A stretch of 62,431 bases of DNA from Thermoleophilaceae bacterium (GTDB taxonomy: Bacteria; Actinomycetota; Thermoleophilia; Solirubrobacterales; Thermoleophilaceae), in NCBI GenBank assembly GCA_034664105.1, contig JAXDIH010000205.1:1-62431 (forward strand), read 5' to 3'. The translations under genes were made by a program, and so were the position numbers. Below, piece by piece: positions 9,592 to 18,198 of this stretch. A model generated the notes under the pieces. It was not told the origin of the DNA. It ran no database searches and saw only the letters and a program-made list of their open reading frames with translations. How positions within the stretch are numbered: the stretch's first letter is position 1; each line of letters opens with the position of its first letter.

Positions 9592-11154
9592 GTGCCCAAG
9601 GCACTGCTGATCGTCCTGGCAGTGGCAGCCGCAGCGGTTGCCCTGGGCGTCGGCATCGACGCGGTGGGCGACAGCTCCGCCAAGGACGCCGGTGCCGCCC
9701 GGCAGGGCCGCCCCAACGTCGTGGTTCTGATGACCGACGACCAGACGGTGGAGGACATGGACGTCCTGCCCAGGACCCGCGAGCTGCTGGGCGCGGAGGG
9801 CGTGACGTTCGCGCACAACTACGTCTCGTATCCGGTCTGCTGCCCCTCGCGGGCCACGTTCTTCAGCGGCCAGTACGCCCACAACCACGGCGTGATGGGG
9901 CTCTACCCGCCGACCGGCGGCTACGTCCGCTTCGACCGCTGGAACTCGCTGCCGGTCTGGTTGCAGCGCGCCGGCTACGCAACGGCGCACATCGGCAAGT
10001 ACATGAACGGCTACGGGACGCAGGTGAAGGCCGACGTGCCGCCCGGCTGGACCGAGTGGCACGGCGCGATCGACGGCTCCACCTACCGCATGTGGGGCTA
10101 CACGCTCGACGAGAACGGCCACCGCCACACGTACGGCAAGCCGTTCGTCCGGGACCCGCGGCTCTACCAGACCGACGTCTACCGCCGCAAGGCGGTCGAC
10201 TTCATCAAGCGGCGCGCGCCCTCCACGCAGCCCTTCTTCCTGTCGGTCGCGTTCCTGGCGCCGCACCACGAGAGCGCGTCGATCAGGGCGGTCACCGGCA
10301 AGCTGGTCCGGCCCGCGCCGCGCGACGCCGCCGCGCTCCCGAACCGGTCGATAGCGACCACGCGCGCGTTCGACGAGGGCAACGTGTCCGACAAGCCCGC
10401 CTTCCTGCGCCACGCGCCGCTGGGACTCAGGGCGATGGATCGGATCGGCGAGCACTACCTCCAGCGGCAACGGTCGCTGCTCGCGGTCGACGACGCCGTC
10501 AACGCGATCGTCGCCGCCCTGCGCGACCAGGGCGAGCTCGACAACACGTACATCGTCTTCACCTCCGACAACGGATACATGCAGGGCGAGCACGACGTTC
10601 CCAGCGGCAAGATGCTCCCGTACGACCCGTCCACGCAGGTGCCGCTGCTGGTCAGGGGCCCTGGCATTCCGCACGGGCTGGTGTCACGCGAGCTGGTCGG
10701 CAACATCGACCTGGCGCCGACGATCCTGCAGGTCGCCCACGCGCGCGCCGGGCTCACCGAGGACGGGCGCTCGCTGCTCCCGTTCGCGCGCCATCCGGAC
10801 CGCCGCACGCGCCGTGCGTTCCTGCACGAGACCGGGGGCCTGCGCTACATCCCCGTGCGCGACCAGGACCAGGACGGGGCGCTGGCGGTGCGGCGCATCC
10901 TCAGCTACCGCGCGGTCCGCACCAACCGCTGGCTGTACGTCGAGTACCGCAGCGGCGCGCGCGAGCTCTACGACCTCAGCCGCGACCCCAGCGAGCTGCA
11001 CTCGCACTATCCCGACCCGCGCTATCGGCCGCTCCGGCGCACATTGCACCGCCTGCTCCGTCGGCTGGAGCACTGCCGTGGCGCGCCCTGCCGGCAGCCG
11101 GCGCCACCCGCGGCGGAGGCCGGCCCTCGGCCGGCGCTCAAGCGGCTAGCGTGA
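9592..11154 (+). CDS. Secreted or anchored Cys-type sulfatase (formylglycine-dependent family)
   Basis: Has an N-terminal hydrophobic segment and PNVVVLMTDDQ. The sulfatase signature is CCPSRATFFSGQ (C-x-P-x-R). Confidence 0.9.
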   Translation: MPKALLIVLAVAAAAVALGVGIDAVGDSSAKDAGAARQGRPNVVVLMTDDQTVEDMDVLPRTRELLGAEGVTFAHNYVSYPVCCPSRATFFSGQYAHNHGVMGLYPPTGGYVRFDRWNSLPVWLQRAGYATAHIGKYMNGYGTQVKADVPPGWTEWHGAIDGSTYRMWGYTLDENGHRHTYGKPFVRDPRLYQTDVYRRKAVDFIKRRAPSTQPFFLSVAFLAPHHESASIRAVTGKLVRPAPRDAAALPNRSIATTRAFDEGNVSDKPAFLRHAPLGLRAMDRIGEHYLQRQRSLLAVDDAVNAIVAALRDQGELDNTYIVFTSDNGYMQGEHDVPSGKMLPYDPSTQVPLLVRGPGIPHGLVSRELVGNIDLAPTILQVAHARAGLTEDGRSLLPFARHPDRRTRRAFLHETGGLRYIPVRDQDQDGALAVRRILSYRAVRTNRWLYVEYRSGARELYDLSRDPSELHSHYPDPRYRPLRRTLHRLLRRLEHCRGAPCRQPAPPAAEAGPRPALKRLA

Positions 11155-11941
11155 CCGCGGCCTCGGGGGTCACCACGCGGAAGTTGAAGCTCTCCTCGAG
11201 ATAGAGCCGAACCGTCTCGGCGTCGTGGTCGGCGTAGCCGATCGACAGGTCCTGTCCCGACTCGAACAGGAAGTCTCCGCCGCGCAGGCTGAGCACCACC
11301 GCGCCCTGGATACCCGGCGCCCAGACGATCGGGCCGCCGAGGATCTTTCCGAGGTGGTCGAAGACGAGGATGCCGCCGTGCTCGGTCGTCTCGATCACGC
11401 CCGTGTAGCCGTCCGGGCCGAGCGCCAGGCCGTAGGGACCGGCGATGCCCTGGCGGCGCATCAGCTCGACCGCCTTGGCCACGCGGCTCGGGTAGGCGTC
11501 GAAGTCGTCGCCGAGCGCGATCGGCGGGTGCGTGGAGGCCTCGGTGATCCCGATGATCCCGGCCGGCTCGAAGCCGTGGAAGACGGCCACGTTCTCCGCG
11601 CACGCGATCCGGTGAGCCGCCTCGTCGAGGGGGCCCAGGTCCACGTCCTCGGCGCCCCGCTCGGCGTCGCGCAGCTCGTCGCGCGAGATGCTGAACTCGC
11701 TGCGCAGCTCGACCAGCGGGAGCACTTGACGCCGCCGGGCGACCACGCCCTCGTGCGGCGCCGCGGCAACCGCTTCGGTGCGGCCGAGGTTCGTGGCGGA
11801 GCGATCCCATCCGTGCGGCCCTGAGAAGTCGACCAGCTTGCGGGCCGCCAGCGCGACGGTCAGGCGCTCGCGCGCCTCGTCGTCCAGCTGTTCCCAGCCG
11901 CGGTCGGCGACCGGCGCAAGCGAGCGCAGCAGGTGGTTCAT
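11138..11941 (-). CDS. Family 1 encapsulin shell protein (linocin M18-like, HK97 fold)
   Basis: 267 aa. The N-terminus MNHLLRSLAPVADRGWEQLDDEAR and overall similarity fit family 1 encapsulins. Shares an ATGA overlap with the upstream cargo gene. Confidence 0.9.
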   Translation of the reverse strand: MNHLLRSLAPVADRGWEQLDDEARERLTVALAARKLVDFSGPHGWDRSATNLGRTEAVAAAPHEGVVARRRQVLPLVELRSEFSISRDELRDAERGAEDVDLGPLDEAAHRIACAENVAVFHGFEPAGIIGITEASTHPPIALGDDFDAYPSRVAKAVELMRRQGIAGPYGLALGPDGYTGVIETTEHGGILVFDHLGKILGGPIVWAPGIQGAVVLSLRGGDFLFESGQDLSIGYADHDAETVRLYLEESFNFRVVTPEAAVTLAA

Positions 11942-12330
11942 CGCACCCGCCCCCGCAGGTCGCCGATGCCCAGCGCGCCCGACGGGTCGCCGGGGGTGGC
12001 CACGTCCGGGTCACCGGAGACGGCCTCCTCCTCGGCCTCCTCGCCGTGCTCGACGATGTCGCCCTCCTGGAAGAGGATCCCCTGGGCGATTTCACGCCAC
12101 AGCGGCTTGCGCCTCAGCAGGAACTCCAGGTCCATGCTGAAGTGCTTGTACTCCTCGTACATCGCGTCGTTCATGACCGCCCGTGCCTCCGCGTCGGGCT
12201 CGATCGCCAGGCGCTGCTCGTACCAGCCGATCGCCTCAGCCTCTTCCGTGAGCGATGCGCACAGGCGGGCGAAGGTGCGGGTCTCGGCTGGCAGCTCCTC
12301 GGGCGGCTCGTGGTACTGGTCGAAGCCCAT
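11938..12330 (-). CDS. Encapsulated ferritin (EncFtn) cargo protein
   Basis: Ferroxidase-type ligand context is EEAEAIGWYEQR and EEYKH. The C-terminal targeting peptide is SGALGIGDLRG. Confidence 0.85.
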   Translation of the reverse strand: MGFDQYHEPPEELPAETRTFARLCASLTEEAEAIGWYEQRLAIEPDAEARAVMNDAMYEEYKHFSMDLEFLLRRKPLWREIAQGILFQEGDIVEHGEEAEEEAVSGDPDVATPGDPSGALGIGDLRGRVR

Positions 12331-12343
12331 CGCGACCTGGAGG

Positions 12344-12844
12344 CTATCCGGCCTGGGCGATCGTCGCTGACGCGATTCGCTGGGTGGCGCTCCTGACCTC
12401 CTCGAGCGTGTGCTGCTCCTGGTCGCAGTTCTGCTGGAGCAGCTGCGCGACGTCGTCGCGGCCCATCGCCTTGGCGTTGGTGATCAGCCATTCGTACACG
12501 GCGATCTCGTGGTGCTCGGTCTCAGCCGCGCCGGCCACGATCAAGTCGTCGTCGAGCGAGTCGTCGGCCATCTGGACCTCGGCCTTGGCCTGCTTGTCGA
12601 AGGCCTTGAAGGCCACGTTCGCGGTCTCGTCCACGTCCCAGCCGAACGACTGGAAGGCGCGCTCCAGGTTCGCGATCTGCTCGCGGGTCTCGTCCTGGTG
12701 GTGGCGCAGCAACTGCTTGAGCTGCTCGTCCTGAGCCTCCTCGGCGTTGTCGTCGAGCATGTTCAGGACGGTCTGCTCCATGTTGAGAGCGGCTCCGAGC
12801 TTGTGCTGGTAGAGCTCTTCGGGTGTGTTGAGGCGCTCGAGCAT
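12344..12844 (-). CDS. DUF892 / YciE-YciF-type ferritin-like protein
   Basis: 166 aa, helical. Motifs DDNAEEAQDEQL...RHHQDET...AAETEHHEIAVYEWL fit DUF892. It starts 33 nt downstream of the cydB stop, and its own stop lies 13 nt upstream of the EncFtn start. Confidence 0.75.
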   Translation of the reverse strand: MLERLNTPEELYQHKLGAALNMEQTVLNMLDDNAEEAQDEQLKQLLRHHQDETREQIANLERAFQSFGWDVDETANVAFKAFDKQAKAEVQMADDSLDDDLIVAGAAETEHHEIAVYEWLITNAKAMGRDDVAQLLQQNCDQEQHTLEEVRSATQRIASATIAQAG

Positions 12845-12877
12845 TGAGGGTCCTTCGTAATCGGGTACGCGCGTCCG

Positions 12878-13879
12878 CTACCCGGTGCGCGACCCCAAAA
12901 CCAGCATCCGGTAGGCGAGGAAGAAGTAGACGCAGGCCAGCGCCAGGGCCAGCGGCCACCAGATCAGCGCGGTGTGGACGACGGTGTGGCCGGCGATCCC
13001 GTTGTCGATCGTCAGCGAGTGCAGCTGCCCGTCGCGAGCCGGGAGCAGGTTGGGGTACAGGCCGGCCGCCGCCGTGGCGAGCAGGCCGACGATGAACACC
13101 GACGAGGCGACGAAGGCGCGCGCCCAGAGGCCGCGGTGCTGGTAGGCGAACACCGCGACCAGCGCCGCCAGCGCCAGCGCAGGGAAGACCAGCCGCCACG
13201 GATGGTCGGTCAGGTTCGTGAGCATCTCCTCGCGCGCGGAGTAGGTGGGGGCGATCAGCCCGAGGAACAGGGCCAGCTCCGCCCACCACAGCCTGCGGGC
13301 CCAGCGCCGCGCCCGCTCGGCCAGCTCGCCACCCACGCGGAAGGCCAGGAAGTTGGCCCCGTGCGTGGTCAGCACCGCCACGCCGAAGACTCCGACCAGG
13401 ACCGCGTACCAGTTGAGGATCTCGAACAGGGGCAGGTGGAAGTAGCCGTCCGCGCCGAGCGGGACGCCGCGCACGACGTTGCCGAGGGCCACCCCGAACA
13501 CGAACGCGAGGGCGGCCGAGGACAGGGCGAAGACGACATCACATGCCTCCTGCCAGAGCGGGTTGTCGATCTGGTGGCGCAGCTCCAGGCCGAGGCCGCG
13601 CCCCACGAGCAGCCAGAGCACGAGGATCAGCCCGAAGTAGAGACCGCTGAAGGCGGCGGCATAGATCTTCGGGAAGATCATGAACAGCACCCCGCCGGCC
13701 GCGATCAACCACACCTCGTTGCCGTTCCAGACCGGTCCGATGGCCTCGGTGGCCTGCTCGCGCTGCTCTTCGGTGCGCCCGAGCAGGAGGTGGAGGGCGC
13801 CGACCCCGAGGTCGAAGCCGTCCAACACCACGTACATGGTGATCATGAAGGCGAGGAAGCAAAACCACATCGTCTCCAC
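12878..13879 (-). CDS. cydB: Cytochrome bd ubiquinol oxidase subunit II
   Basis: Starts METMWFCFLAFMITMYVVLDGFDLGVG and contains WNGNEVWLI. The protein is a polytopic membrane protein. Confidence 0.95.
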   Translation of the reverse strand: METMWFCFLAFMITMYVVLDGFDLGVGALHLLLGRTEEQREQATEAIGPVWNGNEVWLIAAGGVLFMIFPKIYAAAFSGLYFGLILVLWLLVGRGLGLELRHQIDNPLWQEACDVVFALSSAALAFVFGVALGNVVRGVPLGADGYFHLPLFEILNWYAVLVGVFGVAVLTTHGANFLAFRVGGELAERARRWARRLWWAELALFLGLIAPTYSAREEMLTNLTDHPWRLVFPALALAALVAVFAYQHRGLWARAFVASSVFIVGLLATAAAGLYPNLLPARDGQLHSLTIDNGIAGHTVVHTALIWWPLALALACVYFFLAYRMLVLGSRTG

Positions 13880-13888
13880 GACCGGCCC

Positions 13889-15298
13889 CTAGCCGCGCTC
13901 GGCGGCGCCGGCCGCCGACGTCGTAGGAAGCTCGATGTCCTGCGGGCCGCGGTTCACGATTCGCAGCGTCAGCACCGTGAACAGGAACCCCAGCAGCAGG
14001 TACAGGCCCGTGAAGCCCAGCAGCGTGAACAGTCCGGTGCCGGCCGGCACGGAGTCCGCCGGCGACGCGCCGTGCTTGGTCCGCAGCAGGCCGTAGACCA
14101 CCCAGGGCTGGCGCCCGGTCTCGGCCGTGGTCCAGCCGGCGATGTTGGCGATGTAGGTGAACGGCACCGCCAGCATCAGCGCCCACAACATCGCCCGCGA
14201 GCGGAACAGCCTGCCCCTCCACAGCAGGAAGGTGGCCAGCGCGGCGACCAGCAGCAGGATCGTGCCGAGCCCGACCATGACGTGGTACGAGTAGTAGACG
14301 AGCGACACGGAGTCGGGCCACCGGCTCTCGGGGATGTCGTTCAGGCCGGTGAGGCGCTCGTTCCAGCGGCGCGAGGTCAGGAACGACAGCACCTTGGGCA
14401 TCTCGATCGTGGACTCCAGCTTGCGCCGCTCGGTGTCGGGGTTGCCGATGATCACGAGCGGCGCGCCCTCCTCCGACTGGAACATGCCCTCCATGGCCGC
14501 GAACGCCGACGGCTGGTGGGTGGCCACGGCGTTGGCCGAGCGGTCCCCCGTCGGGAAGATCTGGAGCAGGGTCAGGATCAGGCCGGCGACCACCCCTATG
14601 CGCAGGCAGCTCTTGGCGAACTCCACGTGCCTGTCGAGCAGTAGGTAGAAGGCCCCCAGCGCGGCGATCACGAACGCCCCGGTGATCGCGGCCCCGCTCA
14701 TGTTGTGCAGGTACTGCCACGGCAGCCAGGGGTTGCTCATGAGGTCCCAGAAGGACTTCATCTCGAGGTTGTCTCCCGAGCGGACGTACCCGACCGGGTG
14801 CTGCATCCAGGCGTTGGTGGCGATGATGAACCAGCCCGACAGCCAGGACCCGACGAAGACCATCACCGCGGCCAGCCAGTGGACCCGGGGGCTCACCCGC
14901 CCGCGCCCGAGCAGGAACAGGCCCAGGAACACCGACTCGGCGAAGAAGGCGAACATCCCCTCCATCGCCAGCGTCGTGCCGATCACACCGCCGGCGTAGT
15001 TCGAGAATTGCGCCCAGTTCGTGCCGAACTGGAACTCCATCGGGATGCCTGTGACCACCCCGAAGGCGAAGTTGACCGCGAAGATCTGGGCCCAGAAGCG
15101 CGCCATGCCCTCGTAGCGCTCGCGCTCGTCGTCGGTCCGGCGGAGCAGGCGCAGGCGCCGGTCCGGGCGGCCCAGGTACGAGACGCTCTTCATGTACGCG
15201 ATGAACAGCGCGAGCCCCATCGTGAGGATGGGGAACAGGTAGTGGAACGTGACCGTCAGCGTGAACTGGAGACGGTCGATGAGGACGTGGTCTTCCAC
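13889..15298 (-). CDS. cydA: Cytochrome bd ubiquinol oxidase subunit I
   Basis: Contains LQFTLTVTFHYLFPILTMG and a Q-loop region. It sits 9 nt upstream of cydB. Confidence 0.95.
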   Translation of the reverse strand: MEDHVLIDRLQFTLTVTFHYLFPILTMGLALFIAYMKSVSYLGRPDRRLRLLRRTDDERERYEGMARFWAQIFAVNFAFGVVTGIPMEFQFGTNWAQFSNYAGGVIGTTLAMEGMFAFFAESVFLGLFLLGRGRVSPRVHWLAAVMVFVGSWLSGWFIIATNAWMQHPVGYVRSGDNLEMKSFWDLMSNPWLPWQYLHNMSGAAITGAFVIAALGAFYLLLDRHVEFAKSCLRIGVVAGLILTLLQIFPTGDRSANAVATHQPSAFAAMEGMFQSEEGAPLVIIGNPDTERRKLESTIEMPKVLSFLTSRRWNERLTGLNDIPESRWPDSVSLVYYSYHVMVGLGTILLLVAALATFLLWRGRLFRSRAMLWALMLAVPFTYIANIAGWTTAETGRQPWVVYGLLRTKHGASPADSVPAGTGLFTLLGFTGLYLLLGFLFTVLTLRIVNRGPQDIELPTTSAAGAAERG

Positions 15299-15352
15299 CC
15301 CGCCTCATCACTTAGGCCCGGCCCGACTTGCCCCAAACCGCCGCGTTTTGTA

Positions 15353-15366
15353 TTAGGGTTCCCTAA
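15353..15366. promoter_or_regulatory. Perfect 14-bp palindrome TTAGGGTTCCCTAA in the cydA/ZIP divergent intergenic region
   Basis: Read directly from the sequence. It lies 55 nt from the cydA start and 33 nt from the ZIP start. Confidence 0.3.
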
Positions 15367-15398
15367 CGGAACGCGACGCTCTAGCTCGGAGGTAAGCC

Positions 15399-16259
15399 TT
15401 GTCGTTCGGTGAGACGGTCCTGCTCGGTGCCCTGGCGGGCTCCACGATCTTCCTCGGGCTTCCGCTGGGCCGGGTCAGCGTCATGGGCGACCGTACTCGC
15501 GTCGCGCTCGCGATGTTCGCGGTTGGCGTGCTCGTGTTCCTGTTCGCCGACATCCTCGAGCACGCTCTCGGCATCGTCGAAGAGCCGGTCGAGGCCTTCA
15601 AGGACGACAAGCAGGGCGTCGGCGAGGCGATCGGCCTGGTGGCCCTGCTCGGCGCCGGCTTTGCCGCCGGCACGGCCGGGCTGGCGACGCTCGAGCGGCG
15701 GATGCGACCCAGCGGCAGCACGCGCCCACCGATCGCCGGCGGCTCGGTGGGCACGCTCCCCGCTCAGGAGGTCGAGCGGCTGGACGCGGAGCTCGAGGGC
15801 GCCCGCGTGCGAGCGCTCCAGGTCGGCATGACGATCGCCGCGGCGATCGGGCTCCACAACTTCGCCGAGGGACTCGCGATCGGCGTGTCCGCCAGCACCG
15901 GTGAGATCGCGCTGGCGACCGTGCTGATCGTCGGCTTCGCGCTGCACAACGCGACCGAGGGCCTGGGCATCGTCGGGCCGCTCGGCTCGGTGCGCCCGTC
16001 CTGGGCGTGGCTGGGGCTGGCCGGCCTGGTCGGCGGCGCGCCCGTGTTCCTCGGCACGATCGTCGGCTACCACCTCAACTCCGAGCCGCTCGAGCTGGCC
16101 TTCTACGGGCTGTCCGCCGGGGCCATCCTCTACGTCATCAGCGAGGTTTGGAACGGGATGCGCCGCTACGGGCATCGCGAGCTCGGGCTGTGGCTGCTGG
16201 CGGCCGGCTTCATCGTCGGCGTGATGACAGATCTCGTGGTGGTCTACGGGGGCGGTTAG
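15399..16259 (+). CDS. ZIP-family divalent metal transporter
   Basis: TTG start follows GGAGG. Contains the paired motifs GLHNFAEGLAIG and ALHNATEGLGI, typical of ZIP/ZupT-like proteins. Confidence 0.85.
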   Translation: MSFGETVLLGALAGSTIFLGLPLGRVSVMGDRTRVALAMFAVGVLVFLFADILEHALGIVEEPVEAFKDDKQGVGEAIGLVALLGAGFAAGTAGLATLERRMRPSGSTRPPIAGGSVGTLPAQEVERLDAELEGARVRALQVGMTIAAAIGLHNFAEGLAIGVSASTGEIALATVLIVGFALHNATEGLGIVGPLGSVRPSWAWLGLAGLVGGAPVFLGTIVGYHLNSEPLELAFYGLSAGAILYVISEVWNGMRRYGHRELGLWLLAAGFIVGVMTDLVVVYGGG

Positions 16260-16368
16260 GCGTACCGGATAGGGCGTTCTCACGCGGCTCTCACCGACTC
16301 ACGAGTGACTCATAGGCGCTCCTTACCTTCGGTCGTGCTGGACACAGACCACGACCGAGGAGCGTCAG

Positions 16369-16782
16369 ATGTTCGAGCGACCGAAGGTTCAAAAGACAGT
16401 CGCGGCCCTGGCCGCGGCGGCGATCACGGCCCTAGGCGTGGGCGGGATCGCGCTGGCCCAGTCGGGCAGCGCGCCGGCCACGAAGGCGCCCGCGCCGGCC
16501 ACCCAGCCGGGCGGCACCGCCGGGAGCTCGGCTACCCAGCCGGGCGGCACCGCCGAGAGCTCGGCGACGGACCCGGACAACGTCCAGGACCAGAACGGCA
16601 AGGACGACGCCACGGAGAACCCCGGCGCGCCCGAGAGCCAGGACAAGGCCGACGGTCCGGAGCAGGGCGAGACGCCGGATGGCGCCGAGGGCGCGGAGGT
16701 TCCCGGTGACGACGGGCCCGGCGGGCACGCCGACGAGCCCGGCAACCCCAACGCCGACAACCAGTCCCAGGGTCAGCAGTAA
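16369..16782 (+). CDS. Small secreted acidic low-complexity protein with an 11-aa tandem repeat
   Basis: Signal peptide is VAALAAAAITALGVGGIALAQS. A 33-bp duplication at 16498-16563 encodes ATQPGGTAGSS / ATQPGGTAESS. The tail is rich in Asp, Glu, Gly, Pro and Asn. An AGGAGCG Shine-Dalgarno precedes the start. Confidence 0.6.
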   Translation: MFERPKVQKTVAALAAAAITALGVGGIALAQSGSAPATKAPAPATQPGGTAGSSATQPGGTAESSATDPDNVQDQNGKDDATENPGAPESQDKADGPEQGETPDGAEGAEVPGDDGPGGHADEPGNPNADNQSQGQQ

Positions 16783-16790
16783 CCCGGATA

Positions 16791-16816
16791 GGTGGCCCCG
16801 CTTCGGCGGGGCCACC
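16791..16816. terminator. Bidirectional intrinsic terminator hairpin (11-bp GC stem, TTCG tetraloop)
   Basis: The hairpin is ggtggccccgc-ttcg-gcggggccacc, followed by ttcctttctc. It sits between two convergent stops at 16782 and 16825. Confidence 0.8.
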
Positions 16817-16824
16817 TTCCTTTC

Positions 16825-18198
16825 TCACCGCGACTTGGGGAGGTCGATCCAGACCTCGGCACCGCCTCCGTCGCGGTTGCGCGCCCCGGCGCTACCGCCG
16901 TGGGCTCGCGCGATCGCGGCGACGATCGCCAGTCCGAGGCCGCTGCCGCCGCGCGCACGGGCGTCGTCGGCACGGGTGAAGCGCTCGAAGGCGCGGTCGA
17001 GGAAGCCGTCGGGAAAGCCGCCGCCCTGGTCGGACACCCGCAGCTCGACCATCCCGTCACGTTCGGCCGCGGACAGCCGGACGGGCCCGGCGCCGTGGCG
17101 GAGCGCGTTGTCCACGATGTTCCCGAGCGCCTGCTCCACGCGCAGGGGATCGGCGCTCACCTCGACCGTCCCGGTCACCGACACGTCGAGCGCGCGCCCT
17201 TGCTCCGCGCCCCGCCGGGCGAAGCGCTCCCTGACGCTCTCGAGCAGCGCGCCGGCGTCAACGGCGGTCAGGCGAACGGGCAGCTGGCCGCGATCCGAGC
17301 GCGCGATGACGAGCAGGTCCTCGGCGAGCTGCGCCACGCGGTCGGTCTCGTCCGCGGCCGAGCGCAACGCATCGAGCAGCTCGTCCTGGCTGCGGCCGCT
17401 GCGCAGCGCCAGCTCGAGCTCGGTCTTGAGGATGGCCAGCGGCGTGCGCAGCTCGTGGCTCGCGTCCGCGACGAATGTCTGCTCGCGCGCGAAGGCCGCG
17501 TCGAGCCGGTCGAGCATTGCGTTCAGCGTCGTGCCCAGGCGCGCGATCTCGTCATCGGCGTCCGCCACGGGCAGCCGCTGTCCCGGCTCGGCCTGCTCGA
17601 TCTGGGCCGCCCGGCGGCGCATCGCCTCCACCGGTCGCAGCGCCGCGGCGGCGACCCCGTAGCCCGCGAGCGAGGCCAGCAAAAGCGCCGCCGGGGCTCC
17701 GATCAGCAGCAGGGCCAGCAGGTTGCGCAGGGCGGCTTCGCTGTCCTCGAGGGACGTGCCGACGACGATCACGAGCTGCTGCCCCTGGGCCCGGACCGGC
17801 GTGGCCAGCAGGCGGGTGGGGTCGCCGCTCTCGAGCGGGTTGTCGCGCTCGAGGGTGATCGTGCCGGAGCGCGCCCGCGCGAGGTCCGAGCCGGCGAGCA
17901 GGGGACGCCTGCGCAGCTGCGGGCTGGCGTCGACCACCCGCCCGCGCGCGTCGAGGATCTGGGCGAAGCTCTGGCCCTGCTCCGTCAAAGGGCTGCGGCG
18001 ACCCTCGCTCAGGCCGGAGTCCGCCTGGCGCACCAGGGCGGCCACGTCGCCGGCGCGGGAGCGCAGTCCCTGGTCGACGGTCGCGCGCAGGTCGCTCTCG
18101 AAACGCAGGTAGAGGAAGGCGCCCACGGCGGCCAGGACCAGTGCCATCACGCCCGCGAAGGCCAGCGTGAGCCTCAGCCGGAGCGGCAGGCGCCTCAA
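16825..18198 (-). CDS. Sensor histidine kinase (2 TM, HAMP, HisKA, HATPase_c)
   Basis: Has H-box ASHELRTPL, N box NIVDNALRHG, and G boxes DQGGGF and GGSGLGLAIV. The start is set at TTG 18198, which overlaps the response-regulator stop (TTGA). Confidence 0.9.
   Translation of the reverse strand: MRRLPLRLRLTLAFAGVMALVLAAVGAFLYLRFESDLRATVDQGLRSRAGDVAALVRQADSGLSEGRRSPLTEQGQSFAQILDARGRVVDASPQLRRRPLLAGSDLARARSGTITLERDNPLESGDPTRLLATPVRAQGQQLVIVVGTSLEDSEAALRNLLALLLIGAPAALLLASLAGYGVAAAALRPVEAMRRRAAQIEQAEPGQRLPVADADDEIARLGTTLNAMLDRLDAAFAREQTFVADASHELRTPLAILKTELELALRSGRSQDELLDALRSAADETDRVAQLAEDLLVIARSDRGQLPVRLTAVDAGALLESVRERFARRGAEQGRALDVSVTGTVEVSADPLRVEQALGNIVDNALRHGAGPVRLSAAERDGMVELRVSDQGGGFPDGFLDRAFERFTRADDARARGGSGLGLAIVAAIARAHGGSAGARNRDGGGAEVWIDLPKSR

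Noticed and set aside
12344-12844. The DUF892 ferritin-like protein was considered as a second encapsulin cargo.
   Set aside because: Its C-terminus (...QRIASATIAQAG) and its N-terminus both lack the GSLGIGxLKG-type targeting peptide seen on the adjacent EncFtn. Only genomic linkage supports an association, so I did not call it a cargo.
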